DNA of 64,000 bases, from assembly GCA_963665235.2 (NCBI GenBank), contig CAXXLX010000002.1:576001-640000 (forward strand), given 5' to 3'. The notes beneath the pieces are model-generated. The model saw only the letters and a list, made by a program, of their open reading frames with translations, was not told the origin of the DNA and did no database searches. Position numbers and translations under genes: made by a program. Below are positions 18,173-28,178 of this stretch, in pieces. Source of the DNA: Candidatus Poribacteria bacterium (lineage in GTDB: Bacteria; Poribacteria; WGA-4E; WGA-3G). Within the stretch, counting starts at the first letter, position 1, and each line of letters begins with the position of its first letter.

Positions 18173-19588
18173 ATGTCACAGAAAAAACCGCATATCCTAT
18201 TACTCATCAACGATGAACACCGGCCAGACATATTGCCGATTGAAGGGGACACAGCCATCCGCACCCCCACACTGTCGCGATTTATGGATGAGGGCACATA
18301 TTTCCGAAATGCCTATACGCCTTCACCTGTCTGTGTGCCAGCACGACAAAGTTTTCTCTCAGGTTTATACCCCCGCAATTGCGGATGCCTAAACTTTGGC
18401 GACCCGATGCCGACAGAGGTACGAACTATTCCTGGGCACCTCGGCAACTACGGGTATTATTCATGCTGTGCGGGAAAAATGCATTTTGTCGGCACTGATG
18501 TCATGCACGGTTGGCACGAACGCATCGGGCGCGATATTATCGGTAATAACGGATACCCCTATCCCGCTGTAAAGGACGAACACACCGCCCAAATTGAAAG
18601 AGAGCCGGGCACAGGCATGAAACGGAACAAGAACGCGCAAGAGATACGAGACGCACAACCCGGTATAGGGCATTGGATGCTACACGATGGATACACCGTG
18701 GATGGCGCGTTGCTGTTCCTTGAGGAGTTTTTCGTTAACGCCTCCTATGATAGACCCAAGGCGAACCCGCTCTGTATGGCTGTTAGCTTGTGGGCACCAC
18801 ATTATCCGTATCAGTGTCCGCTTGAATTGTTCAATTACTACATGCAGCGCGTCCAGCCCATTGTTGAAGAACCGAACGACAAATTTGAATACGATAACTT
18901 CTTTAGAGTTGAGGTGGGTAAGGATGTCACCTACCGTCAGGCACACCGCGCAACCGCGGCTTACTACGGTATGATTGAGTGGATGGATGCACAGTTCGGT
19001 AGAGTCATTGAGAAATTGGAACATCTGAATGTACTTGACGATTTTGTTGTCGTCTTTCTTTCGGACCACGGTGAGATGTTGGGAACGAAAGGCCTCTGGG
19101 AAAAGCAGAGTTATTTTGAAGCGTCCGCCCGTGTTCCGCTTTCAATCTGGTATCCGAGGCGGTTCGGACGAGAGCCGAAGATAGTTCAGCAGAACGTATC
19201 ATTAGTCGATCTCTTTCCCACGCTGTGTGAATTAGCCGAAATTCCTGCTCCGGAGGAGCTTGATGGCAAATCCCTCGTGCCCCTGATTGAAGGCAACGCG
19301 GCCGACTGGCATGATACGGTCTATAGTGAACTCTGGCGTGCTCAAAACGGGCCTTCTGTGATGGTCAAAGAGGGTAGTTTAAAATATTTCCGTTTCGACA
19401 ACGGTAAAGGCTGGCCCGAACAACTTTTCAATCTAGCTGAAGACCCGGACGAACGGGACAATCTGATAGATGCTCCTGCATACACCGATGCGCTCAAACG
19501 CCTACGTGCAAAAGCAGATGCATTACCCTCCCCTCGCCGCAAGGATAAAAATAACCGTTTCATTGACTCGCACCATCCCATTCTATGA
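18173..19588 (+). CDS. Sulfatase (choline-sulfatase-like)
   Basis: DEHR, CVPAR (CxPxR FGly motif), GKMHF, SDHGEMLG...LWEK. Confidence 0.9.
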   Translation: MSQKKPHILLLINDEHRPDILPIEGDTAIRTPTLSRFMDEGTYFRNAYTPSPVCVPARQSFLSGLYPRNCGCLNFGDPMPTEVRTIPGHLGNYGYYSCCAGKMHFVGTDVMHGWHERIGRDIIGNNGYPYPAVKDEHTAQIEREPGTGMKRNKNAQEIRDAQPGIGHWMLHDGYTVDGALLFLEEFFVNASYDRPKANPLCMAVSLWAPHYPYQCPLELFNYYMQRVQPIVEEPNDKFEYDNFFRVEVGKDVTYRQAHRATAAYYGMIEWMDAQFGRVIEKLEHLNVLDDFVVVFLSDHGEMLGTKGLWEKQSYFEASARVPLSIWYPRRFGREPKIVQQNVSLVDLFPTLCELAEIPAPEELDGKSLVPLIEGNAADWHDTVYSELWRAQNGPSVMVKEGSLKYFRFDNGKGWPEQLFNLAEDPDERDNLIDAPAYTDALKRLRAKADALPSPRRKDKNNRFIDSHHPIL

Positions 19589-19649
19589 AGATTAATTTTT
19601 TTAAATGTAAACTAGGGAAACCAGTCATTCATAAAGGGCAGAAACACCC

Positions 19650-19896
19650 GCGCCTATAAACATTTCGCCCCTAAGGCGCAGGCTGTTTGCCCGAATACTA
19701 GAAGAAAGGTATCGCGTGCACGGTTTGCTCCTACAGTCGTGTGCACGGCACGCTCCTACAGTCGCGTGCACAGCACGCTCCTACATAAGAGGTGGACAGT
19801 CGCACGTGCACAGCACGCTCCTACATAAGAGGTGGACAGGCACGTGCACGGCACGCTCCTACATAACACGTTAAGGACAAAAACTTTACACACCTC
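19650..19896. repeat. REP cluster (5 GTAG-type units in reverse orientation), one REP with a loop insertion, and one MITE end
   Basis: Variants of CGTGCAC(A/G)GCACGCTCCTACA x5, the reverse complement of the 8282 unit. ...TGTTTGCCCGAATACT at about 19684-19699. CAAAAACTTTACACAC at about 19878-19893. Confidence 0.85.
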
Positions 19897-19917
19897 TGGA
19901 ACCGTCGAAAAATATGC

Positions 19918-19947
19918 TTGACAAATATTCTATGGATTTGGTATAAT
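19918..19947 (+). promoter_or_regulatory. Sigma-70 promoter for the cNMP-PP2C gene
   Basis: TTGACA (19918-19923), 18 bp, TATAAT (19942-19947), with a TG extended -10. Confidence 0.7.
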
Positions 19948-20041
19948 AAGACGTTATGTTAGAATACATATAGAGAAATTTATTTTTCAGAGGGGTAGGT
20001 CAAAACACATCACCTATTGCTAGTCAAGGATATGCACATTT

Positions 20042-21223
20042 ATGTTAATAGCGGATAAAATCCAATTTTTACAGAAAACTGAACTTTTTGTGGAGCTTCC
20101 CGAGGCAGGGTTAAAATCCATCTGCGATATTGCAGACGAGGTTACCTATCCAGCCGATTATACTGTCTTTGAAGAGGGAGCAGAAGGCGATTCGCTCTAT
20201 CTGCTGGTTGATGGAGAAGTTCGTGTCATCAAAGCAGAGACGGAAGTCTTATCCTTCAACAAAAAGGGGTATTGCCTCGGTGAGATTGCCCTTATTGATG
20301 ATAAACCGCGGAGCGCGACGATACAGACGGTTCGGCCGACACGTTTTCTCCGAATCACACGGGATGACTTTTACCGAGTCCTCGCGCATGAGCCGCTTAT
20401 CGGGAGAGGCATGTTTCGCGTACTCAACAGTAAAATTCGGCACGACCTTGAAATTCAGATGAGTGCTATCCGAAAGCAGGTTGCACAAGAAGAGTCCATG
20501 CGACTGGCGGCGGCTGTCCAGCAATCTATCCTGCCGGACAAGGAGATTGAACATCCGTGCCTGACTTCTGCCGGCCATTGCCAACCGACAAATAGTGTTG
20601 GCGGAGACTATTACGATTATCTCTATCTTCCCAACGGCCGAGTCGCAATCTTTATCGGCGATGTGATGGGACACGGATTTCATTCCGCCCTGGTCGCAGC
20701 GATGATCAAAAGTTGTTTACAAACACAAATACGATTTGACGCTTCGGTACCCGAAGTGATGAAGGCGGTCACGCGAGTCACAGCGGAGGATACCCAAACG
20801 TTTATCTATATGACATGTTGCTACGTTATCGTTCATACTGATAGGTGCTTAGAGTTCGCGAACGCCGGGCACCCGCCGATGCTGCTTGCTCGCGCCGATA
20901 GCGAAGCCATCGTTGAATTGGATTCTCAATTTATACCGGTCGGCCTCGCTTTACCGGATAAACGGATGCAAACACCCTATCACAGCACCGAAACGACCTG
21001 GGGCCCGGGCGACCTTCTTGTGCTTTATTCAGATGGTATTACGGAAGCCTTTAATTCGAACAATGAAATGTATGGTCTGGAACGACTCAAAAACCTCTTG
21101 TCTGAAAAACGGCACCTGTCCGCTGTTGAAATCCGTAAGGAGATATTGGCGAATCTTGAGGCACATCAGCAAGGCGCACTCCCGCATGACGATATTGCGT
21201 TAGTTGTTATAAAATTTCAGTGA
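20042..21223 (+). CDS. Cyclic-nucleotide-binding domain fused to a SpoIIE/RsbU-type PP2C phosphatase
   Basis: cNMP motifs EGAEGDSLYLL..G and GEIALIDDKPRSAT. PP2C motifs GGDYYD, IGDVMGHG, NAGHPP, YSDGITEA, DDIALV. Confidence 0.92.
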   Translation: MLIADKIQFLQKTELFVELPEAGLKSICDIADEVTYPADYTVFEEGAEGDSLYLLVDGEVRVIKAETEVLSFNKKGYCLGEIALIDDKPRSATIQTVRPTRFLRITRDDFYRVLAHEPLIGRGMFRVLNSKIRHDLEIQMSAIRKQVAQEESMRLAAAVQQSILPDKEIEHPCLTSAGHCQPTNSVGGDYYDYLYLPNGRVAIFIGDVMGHGFHSALVAAMIKSCLQTQIRFDASVPEVMKAVTRVTAEDTQTFIYMTCCYVIVHTDRCLEFANAGHPPMLLARADSEAIVELDSQFIPVGLALPDKRMQTPYHSTETTWGPGDLLVLYSDGITEAFNSNNEMYGLERLKNLLSEKRHLSAVEIRKEILANLEAHQQGALPHDDIALVVIKFQ

Positions 21224-21246
21224 CCCGAGTGGAAACCGTTGCAGTG

Positions 21247-22473
21247 CTACTTCTTCGGGGGCTCCTTGAGTTGACCGACTGCATAATGGATAATATTTTC
21301 CATGAAATCTTTGTTGATGAATGCTCTGCTCCGGTCATCGTTTCGGAGGCTGGTGATAATGTATAACCCTTTGCCATGTCGCCGCATACCGGCAACCAAT
21401 TCTTTATTTTCTTGGGTTATCGCGAAGATTTCATCCTGCTTTTCCCAATCTGTCCAGGCATCGTCAACATAGATTTTACCCGACACAATTTTGTTAGGGG
21501 TAGAAAAGAGGGTCCCCGCGTTTTTAGTAGCGATAAACTTTTGGGTTGGGCGACTTTCTACACCTTTCAATTTGCCCTCTAGCCAGCCGATGCCACAAGC
21601 TCTTTTGGGGGTGCTGTCCTGTCCAGAAACGATGGCGATACCGCCATCTTTGACGAATTTTTTGATTTTTTGCTCCGTTGCTCGGGTGAGGAGATAGCGT
21701 CCGAAACTTGAAATCTCTTCATAACCAATCCATAAAATATCAGCCTCCGCTAGGTTCGGCAGTTTCCGACTTTTAGTGGCTTCATACGCCACGGGCCGTT
21801 TGCCAACCTTTTTGGCTGAGCGCAACGCTTGATACTCATAAGTAACAGTGTTGGTATGAACAGGGGTCTGCCCCCACGTCGGGGATGTGCTATTTCCTGT
21901 TAGGACTAAAACCTTTACGGTATTTTTCTGTGCACCAACCCACATTTTTCCGGCTAACATGTCGCGAACCAGCTTTTGGAACGTTTTTGTAGTGCCATCA
22001 AATGTGCGCGACATCATTGGGTCAATATGTGTGAAACTCCACCAGGAGGTGGTGCTTCTGCCGCCATGTGCACGCATTTGAAACCAGGTTTCGTCGATGA
22101 AACACATACTATCAATACCGTAGTGTTCTCTGTAAAAAACGATAATGGGCATTCCGGGTTTAAGCAGGCTCAGCAATTTTTGCGGTGAGGTGCCGCGCTT
22201 ATACTGACCGGTAGAGAAATTCATCTTAATCTCATTGCGCCGGCTTTTGCCTTTCACATCTTCCTTAACTTGAACGATACCGGTCATCCGACGTTTGTCA
22301 ATACTTTTGACTTCTCCGAAAACGATGTTTGTGCAAGCATCCACAACCTCGCGAATCGTATATTCACGTTCGATAAAGCTTTGTGCTGGTTGTGCAGCGA
22401 AAAAACTGAGCAGAAAAAGCGACATAATCAAAACTGTAAGGGTGTTTCTAAAACGCATCATTGTGCCTCCCAT
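21247..22473 (-). CDS. Hypothetical secreted protein, possibly with a C-terminal class I GATase-like fold
   Basis: Signal peptide (..AQPAQS). C-terminal IKKFVKDGGIAIV and HGKGLYI patterns. Confidence 0.65.
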   Translation of the reverse strand: MGGTMMRFRNTLTVLIMSLFLLSFFAAQPAQSFIEREYTIREVVDACTNIVFGEVKSIDKRRMTGIVQVKEDVKGKSRRNEIKMNFSTGQYKRGTSPQKLLSLLKPGMPIIVFYREHYGIDSMCFIDETWFQMRAHGGRSTTSWWSFTHIDPMMSRTFDGTTKTFQKLVRDMLAGKMWVGAQKNTVKVLVLTGNSTSPTWGQTPVHTNTVTYEYQALRSAKKVGKRPVAYEATKSRKLPNLAEADILWIGYEEISSFGRYLLTRATEQKIKKFVKDGGIAIVSGQDSTPKRACGIGWLEGKLKGVESRPTQKFIATKNAGTLFSTPNKIVSGKIYVDDAWTDWEKQDEIFAITQENKELVAGMRRHGKGLYIITSLRNDDRSRAFINKDFMENIIHYAVGQLKEPPKK

Positions 22474-22562
22474 AGTCTATGTTCTTAATAGTTTTTACCA
22501 TACATTAAATTTTATCACATTTCATGCCAATCTGACAACAATTTTCTCTTGAAGGAAGAAAT

Positions 22563-23510
22563 ATGAAAAAACGTTTGAAGCCGATTGATATTGCTAACGT
22601 CAAGACGTATCCACTTGAGCATCGCATCAATAAGGTCTCCGTTGACGATTTTGCAACGTTGCCAGAGGGAGCGGTAAACTTGGAACCGTTCTTGGCAAGC
22701 CTGCCGAATATCCTAAAGGCACCGGATTTTTTACGGCTCGTCGACGACATCGTTGCTGCACATCAGAACGAAAAACCGGTTCTCGTCATGATGGGCGGGC
22801 ATGTCATCAAGTGTGGGTTGAGCCCGCTTCTAATTGCACTTGCAAAGCGGGGTGTAATTACCGGATTTGCGTTTAACGGTGCAAGTAGCATTCACGACTT
22901 TGAAATTGCCCTCATTGGAGAGACCTCGGAGGACGTGTCGGCATATTTACAGACCGGACAATTTGGTATGTGGGAGGAGACAGGAAAATTGATGAACGCA
23001 GCGATTCAAAATGCCGCGGCTAGTGGCATCGGCATGGGGAAAGCGTTGGGCAGCCACCTGATAAAAATGGAGGCACACTACAACGATTACAGTCTGCTCG
23101 CCACCGCTGTCCAATATGACATACCGATTACTGTCCATGTCGCTATCGGTACCGATATCATTCACCAGCATCCGGCTGCCGATGGAGCCGCTATCGGCGA
23201 GAGTAGTTTCACCGATTTTCGTCTGCTAACACAATTGGTAACACAGTTAGAGGGGGGCGGAGTCGTGCTTAATTTGGGGTCCGCTGTGATTCTGCCTGAG
23301 GTTTTTCTGAAGGCACTAACCATCGCACGAAACTTGGGGAATACCGTAGCACGTTTCACTGCTGCCAATTTTGATATGCAACAACAATATCGGCCTATAG
23401 AGAACGTTGTCAAACGGCCGACCGAGATGGGCGGTAAAGGTTATACGTTCACTGGACATCACGAATTGATGGTGCCGCTTTTAATACAGGCTGTGCTATC
23501 TCGGTTGTAG
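22563..23510 (+). CDS. Conserved protein with a deoxyhypusine-synthase-like (DHS/NAD-binding) fold
   Basis: MGGHVIKCG, IHDFE, ETSEDV, TVHVAIGTDIIH, GSAVILPEVFLK, TGHHE. Confidence 0.7.
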   Translation: MKKRLKPIDIANVKTYPLEHRINKVSVDDFATLPEGAVNLEPFLASLPNILKAPDFLRLVDDIVAAHQNEKPVLVMMGGHVIKCGLSPLLIALAKRGVITGFAFNGASSIHDFEIALIGETSEDVSAYLQTGQFGMWEETGKLMNAAIQNAAASGIGMGKALGSHLIKMEAHYNDYSLLATAVQYDIPITVHVAIGTDIIHQHPAADGAAIGESSFTDFRLLTQLVTQLEGGGVVLNLGSAVILPEVFLKALTIARNLGNTVARFTAANFDMQQQYRPIENVVKRPTEMGGKGYTFTGHHELMVPLLIQAVLSRL

Positions 23511-23624
23511 TTTTGGCTGTTGGCAGAATTGGCAGTTAGCAGTTAGCAAGAGGGAGAGAGCTCTGAGGCGCGTCAAAGCACGTATTATAATCACAACCTC
23601 TTGCCAATAGCCATTTGCCAATAG

Positions 23625-23864
23625 CTAATTTTCATCATCTGCCGAACGCTTTTTATTCAGGAGAATCTGCATCGTCTTCGTACGTTTTTGTGTTGACGTG
23701 TCCGACCGATTCAGCTCTGATTTTAGTTCGACTAACGACGTGCGGATAGATTGCAACTTTGGCAACGATGGCCTTTGCAGATAAATTTTGAGCAACTTTT
23801 CCTTTTCTGTGCTATTTATTTCACCCCGCTCCTCAAGCATCTTACGATATGCTAAATAATCCAT
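23625..23864 (-). CDS. Small hypothetical protein
   Basis: 79-aa ORF with a GAGGGGG RBS, co-oriented with the upstream CYTH gene. Confidence 0.6.
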   Translation of the reverse strand: MDYLAYRKMLEERGEINSTEKEKLLKIYLQRPSLPKLQSIRTSLVELKSELNRSDTSTQKRTKTMQILLNKKRSADDEN

Positions 23865-23924
23865 GTTGAATCCCCCTCAATTTTGACCATGCGCGGCCCA
23901 TTGAATGTCGTGTCATGTCCTCTT

Positions 23925-24443
23925 TCAAACTTGTGCTATTTCACTGTAGGAAACAGCAATCGGTTCTGCTTTGTCTAGGTGAAGTGTCGTTTTAACGTGT
24001 TGATGTTCCGCTATCGCTTCGGCTTCAGTTTGTCCTTGAAAAACGGTCTCTAGTTCAACAAATTCTCCAAGCCCAGCCACAGTATCGAGATGAATTCGGG
24101 TGTTGTTGAACATCCAGACTGTCCGCTTTTTTTTGACGATTGTTTTTACGCCTAACGCAGCGGCTAAAAGTTTTTTGAGCTGTGCTGGTTCTGCAACTTC
24201 GCAGAGCTCATACAAACTATAGCGAGAATTCTCATGATTTGGCCGTTCATAGTAGATGAGCCAACCTTCAGCCGTTTCGTTCGTCTCACGTAATTTTAAT
24301 CTGCCTGTCTGGCTGTGAAAATATGTATCCACTTGATGGACGGTCTCTCGGTGCGTTGCCGCCAAGTCAGCAAGCCTCGGCTGGAGAGCTGCCAGCGATT
24401 CACACCGGACCTTGAACTCTAAGTTTTTTGCCATGCTATTCAC
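23925..24443 (-). CDS. CYTH domain protein (class IV adenylate cyclase-like)
   Basis: NLEFKVR (ExK), QVDTYF, RLKLRE, VKKKR, RIHLDTV.GLGEFVELE. Confidence 0.9.
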   Translation of the reverse strand: MNSMAKNLEFKVRCESLAALQPRLADLAATHRETVHQVDTYFHSQTGRLKLRETNETAEGWLIYYERPNHENSRYSLYELCEVAEPAQLKKLLAAALGVKTIVKKKRTVWMFNNTRIHLDTVAGLGEFVELETVFQGQTEAEAIAEHQHVKTTLHLDKAEPIAVSYSEIAQV

Positions 24444-24452
24444 GCAGCTGTT

Positions 24453-25064
24453 TTAGTCAGTCTCCAAAAAGTCTTCATCAAAATCTTCATCGGTTTGATA
24501 ACTATTGACGCACGAACGGTTGCAACGTTCACCGTGTTCTTGCAACCAGCAAACCCGATGTTTCAACCGAAGAGAGCTGATTAGACAGGTCCGTAACTGC
24601 TCCGGATCGAAATTATGTCCCAACAGATAGCTGTAACCGCCCTGTCGCATAGCCTGTCGGGCTCTGTAATCGTCTCTGGCAATCGTGATAACTTTAATAT
24701 GCGGTTGATACCTTCTGACGTATTCATAGATATCCCTGCGATGGTAGCGGGTGCAGTCCACAATTACCAATTGATACTTCGTTAGCTTCATTAACCCGAT
24801 TGCTTTGGCGGTCCGGTCGACGGCATCGCATCGGTAATTATCGGATTCAAGGACGCTTTTAATTTTGTCCCGGATGCCTCCATGTCGGGTAACAATCAGT
24901 ACTTCCCCGCGCAATTCAGAGATAGAAAGCTCCTTTTGAATGCTGAGCGGGGCAAGTGCCTCTTCGGCTTGCCAACTCAATCTTCTCCGTACGTCGCGCA
25001 TCCGTCGTTTTGCTTGGTTGACCCTTGACTCTAATTCTGGATTAGGTTTTTTTGCTCTTCGCAT
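24453..25064 (-). CDS. Atypical response-regulator receiver-like protein
   Basis: Receiver-like pattern (VLIV, YQLVIVD, AMRQGGYSYL) lacking the acidic pair and the conserved Lys. Cys-rich C-terminal tail. Confidence 0.6.
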   Translation of the reverse strand: MRRAKKPNPELESRVNQAKRRMRDVRRRLSWQAEEALAPLSIQKELSISELRGEVLIVTRHGGIRDKIKSVLESDNYRCDAVDRTAKAIGLMKLTKYQLVIVDCTRYHRRDIYEYVRRYQPHIKVITIARDDYRARQAMRQGGYSYLLGHNFDPEQLRTCLISSLRLKHRVCWLQEHGERCNRSCVNSYQTDEDFDEDFLETD

Positions 25065-25353
25065 AATTTAATATACCTTAAAAACATATCATTCTTCAAA
25101 AAATTCGTGAATTCCCGGTGTCTGTCAGCGAGTCCGAACTCGCGATTACATCCTTAAGATGGGGTGCCCCGATTTTTTTCTTGCGAAAAAATGCACCATG
25201 CTATAAAATAGCAGTAGGTTTTCACGAATATGTTTAGTTTTACGCTCGTCATGTATATATGACACATTAAATCTAAAAAGGATAGAAAAAAAATATCTCA
25301 TTTTGTCTCTGTTGTATATTATACACTTATTTAGCTAAAAAGGATGCAAAAAA

Positions 25354-26397
25354 ATGCACAACGTTACAAAAACGTCTCAAATTCCAATTCCCCCGCATTT
25401 CGATGCCGCACGGGTGGGAGAGGTTTGGCGAATCCCGTATCAGATACGACACAGTGAGGCGCAGGCATGGGCACAGCAGCACGACATCCCCCACGCATCC
25501 GAGGACGATTTCCGGACCTGCCTATTGCTCATTGATGTACAAAATACGTTCTGTATTCCGAGCTATGAACTTTTCGTCGGCGGACGTTCGGGCAATGGGG
25601 CGGTTGAAGATAACGTTCGCCTGTGTCAATTCATCTATCACAACCTGCCACACATTAGCAAAATCGTTTGCACGCTGGATACGCACACCGCTATGCAGAT
25701 ATTCCACGAGGTGTTTTGGATTGACGGGACAGGGGAGCATCCGATACCGTTGCAAACCCTGATTACGCAGGCAGACATTGAGGGAGGCAGATGGCGCGTC
25801 AATCCGGCAGTGACCGATAACGTGCTCGGAGATGCGGCGGGTTATACCTATTTGAAGACATATAGCGAACACTACGTTAAGACGCTCACCGCCGATGGGA
25901 AATATCCGCTTATGATATGGCCCTATCATGCTATGCTCGGCGGGATTGGACATGCCGTTGTGTCTGCTGTTGATGAAACGTGCTTTTTCCATGCAATCGC
26001 TCGCAGCAGTCAGACGCACTATGAACTCAAAGGACGGAACCCCTTGACTGAGAACTATTCTGTACTTCGACCCGAAGTCCTTAACGATGGAGAGGGGCAA
26101 CCAGTTGCACAAAAGAACACAGCTTTTTTGGAAATGCTATTGGAATATGACCGACTTATCATCGCTGGACAAGCAAAGAGCCACTGCGTCGCCTGGACCG
26201 TCAGCGACCTGCTAGCCGAAATTCAGCGAACTGAACCGACTTTAGCGAAAAAGGTTTATCTGATGCAAGACCTGACTTCTCCAGTGGTCGTTCCGGACAT
26301 AGTCGATTATACAGACCCCGCAGATGCCGCTTTTGCCGAATTTGCTGACGCGGGAATGCATATCGTCTCGTCAACCGACCCTATTGCGGAGTGGTGA
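25354..26397 (+). CDS. Isochorismatase/nicotinamidase-like cysteine hydrolase
   Basis: LLIDVQNTFC, LDTH, WPYHA, KG..P.TENYS, AGQAKSHCV. Confidence 0.85.
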   Translation: MHNVTKTSQIPIPPHFDAARVGEVWRIPYQIRHSEAQAWAQQHDIPHASEDDFRTCLLLIDVQNTFCIPSYELFVGGRSGNGAVEDNVRLCQFIYHNLPHISKIVCTLDTHTAMQIFHEVFWIDGTGEHPIPLQTLITQADIEGGRWRVNPAVTDNVLGDAAGYTYLKTYSEHYVKTLTADGKYPLMIWPYHAMLGGIGHAVVSAVDETCFFHAIARSSQTHYELKGRNPLTENYSVLRPEVLNDGEGQPVAQKNTAFLEMLLEYDRLIIAGQAKSHCVAWTVSDLLAEIQRTEPTLAKKVYLMQDLTSPVVVPDIVDYTDPADAAFAEFADAGMHIVSSTDPIAEW

Positions 26398-26462
26398 TAG
26401 ACTAACAGACGCGCACACCGCATGTCAAAACGCTGCGCGTCATCAAATTGAGGGGAAAAATT

Positions 26463-28169
26463 ATGGCAACTGACAAAACGCTACTGTTTGATTCTAGCGG
26501 GGACGATTTGGCAATTTCGGCGATGCAGCAATGGTACATTAGCATCGCCGCGGATGCAACCGCTTCTGAAAGATATGCCGCCGAAGAACTCCAGAAATGG
26601 CTCGAGCAAGCAAGCGCATTGGCATTACCACTCCGCACGGCTGATGAAAGTGCTGACACTAGTAATAGCGGACAGCTCACGGTCAGGACAGCAGCTACAA
26701 TCGGAGACGAGGATATACACATCACCGTGAAGAGAGAGCAGATTCAAATCACGGGGGGCGCGCCACGAGGTGTTCTCTATGCAGTCTATCAATTTCTTGA
26801 GGAACTCATCGGCATCCGATTTCTAACGGCTGACCATACCTATATTCCGGATGCATCAGAACTGAAAATCCCGTGCGGCACCTATACCTATACCCCCCCT
26901 TTCTCGTTCCGGTGGAGTTATTACCGCGAAAACGCAGCAGCACCAGCATTCGCAGCAAAACGCAAAATCAACACTGTCACAGATGCCGACAATCTCGGAG
27001 GTAAAACGCCACAGCAGCTGATTAATCATTCGTTTCATTGGCTCGTCCCTTTCGCTACCTACGGTGAAACGCACCCGGAGTATTACGCCCTCGTTGATGG
27101 AAAACGGGATACGAATACCCACGGCGGCGGCCCGCAGTTATGTGTTACAAATCCGGACGTGATTGAGGTGGCGGCTGAAGCAGCAATTCAACGTCTTACA
27201 GACGCATCGAATGTGGCGAACATCAGTGTTAGTCAAGCCGATACCGCCGCATACTGCCGATGTGAACGGTGCGAAGAACTCAACAACGCAGAGGGTACAC
27301 CCATGGGGTCACAGCTGACGTTCGTCAATGCTGTCGCAGAACGCATCGAAAAGGTTCATCCCAATGTCAAGGTCGGAACACTTGCATATTGGTATACGCG
27401 CAAACCCCCTAAGACTGTCACACCGCGGCATAATGTACAGATACAACTCTGTAGCATTGAATGTTGCACGCTCCATGCAATTGATAATCCGGATTGTGAG
27501 CAGAATCAAACGTTCTGCGCGGATATGAACGCCTGGGGAGAAGTCTGTAACGATATCTGGATTTGGAATTACAATACCAATTTCCGCTCGTACGATTTGC
27601 CGTTTCCGAATCTGCGGTGTATCGGTCCTAACGTCCGATACTTTTTACGGAACAATGCAAAAGGCGTTTTCATGCAGGCAAACGGCAACGGTTTAACGGG
27701 TGAGTTCTCCGATTTGCGGAATTACCTGATTTCACGACTTATCTGGAATCCATATCTTGACGCGCAGGCGGTGTTAACCGAATTTGTACATCTGCATTAC
27801 GAAACCGCTGCCCCTACTATTCTTGAGTACATCGACTTTCTCCACGACAACGCTGAGGCGAAAGGGTGTCATCCGAGATGTTTTCCGAGCCCGGCGGAGG
27901 TCGGTTTAGATGCCGAAAGTACGCAACGGGTGTTTGAGTATTTCCAAGAAGCATTGGCACGGGCAGAAAATTCGGAAGTCCACGCTCGTGTCGAAAAGGC
28001 GGCTATCCCTGCCTATAAGGCGATGTTGGTGGCAGGCGGCGACATTGAATCGAAACGGAGACGCAACCTAATCGCTGAATATATCGCACTCTGCAAACGT
28101 TACGGATTGACGCATACGGCTGAACACCAGACGGCTGAAGTCTATTTTGAGGAGTTGCATAAGCAGTAG
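26463..28169 (+). CDS. DUF4838-type protein (GH-like N-terminal domain plus TIM barrel)
   Basis: YAAEELQ..L, RGVLYAVY.FLEE.IG.RF, HPEYYAL.DG.R, QLC.TNP.V, C.C..C, LAYWYT..PP. Confidence 0.75.
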   Translation: MATDKTLLFDSSGDDLAISAMQQWYISIAADATASERYAAEELQKWLEQASALALPLRTADESADTSNSGQLTVRTAATIGDEDIHITVKREQIQITGGAPRGVLYAVYQFLEELIGIRFLTADHTYIPDASELKIPCGTYTYTPPFSFRWSYYRENAAAPAFAAKRKINTVTDADNLGGKTPQQLINHSFHWLVPFATYGETHPEYYALVDGKRDTNTHGGGPQLCVTNPDVIEVAAEAAIQRLTDASNVANISVSQADTAAYCRCERCEELNNAEGTPMGSQLTFVNAVAERIEKVHPNVKVGTLAYWYTRKPPKTVTPRHNVQIQLCSIECCTLHAIDNPDCEQNQTFCADMNAWGEVCNDIWIWNYNTNFRSYDLPFPNLRCIGPNVRYFLRNNAKGVFMQANGNGLTGEFSDLRNYLISRLIWNPYLDAQAVLTEFVHLHYETAAPTILEYIDFLHDNAEAKGCHPRCFPSPAEVGLDAESTQRVFEYFQEALARAENSEVHARVEKAAIPAYKAMLVAGGDIESKRRRNLIAEYIALCKRYGLTHTAEHQTAEVYFEELHKQ

Positions 28170-28178
28170 GGGTGTTGA

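Noticed and set aside
19710-19865. Mini-CRISPR
   Set aside because: Repeats are degenerate. The intervening sequences are 0-16 bp and identical to each other (TAAGAGGTGGACAG x2). Same REP family as 8282.
25110-25175. c-di-GMP-I riboswitch upstream of the receiver-like gene
   Set aside because: Only a loose resemblance (GGCA..CGC..GACAG). It lacks the GGCAAA/GNRA/GCAAA consensus. Kept only as unexplained hairpins.
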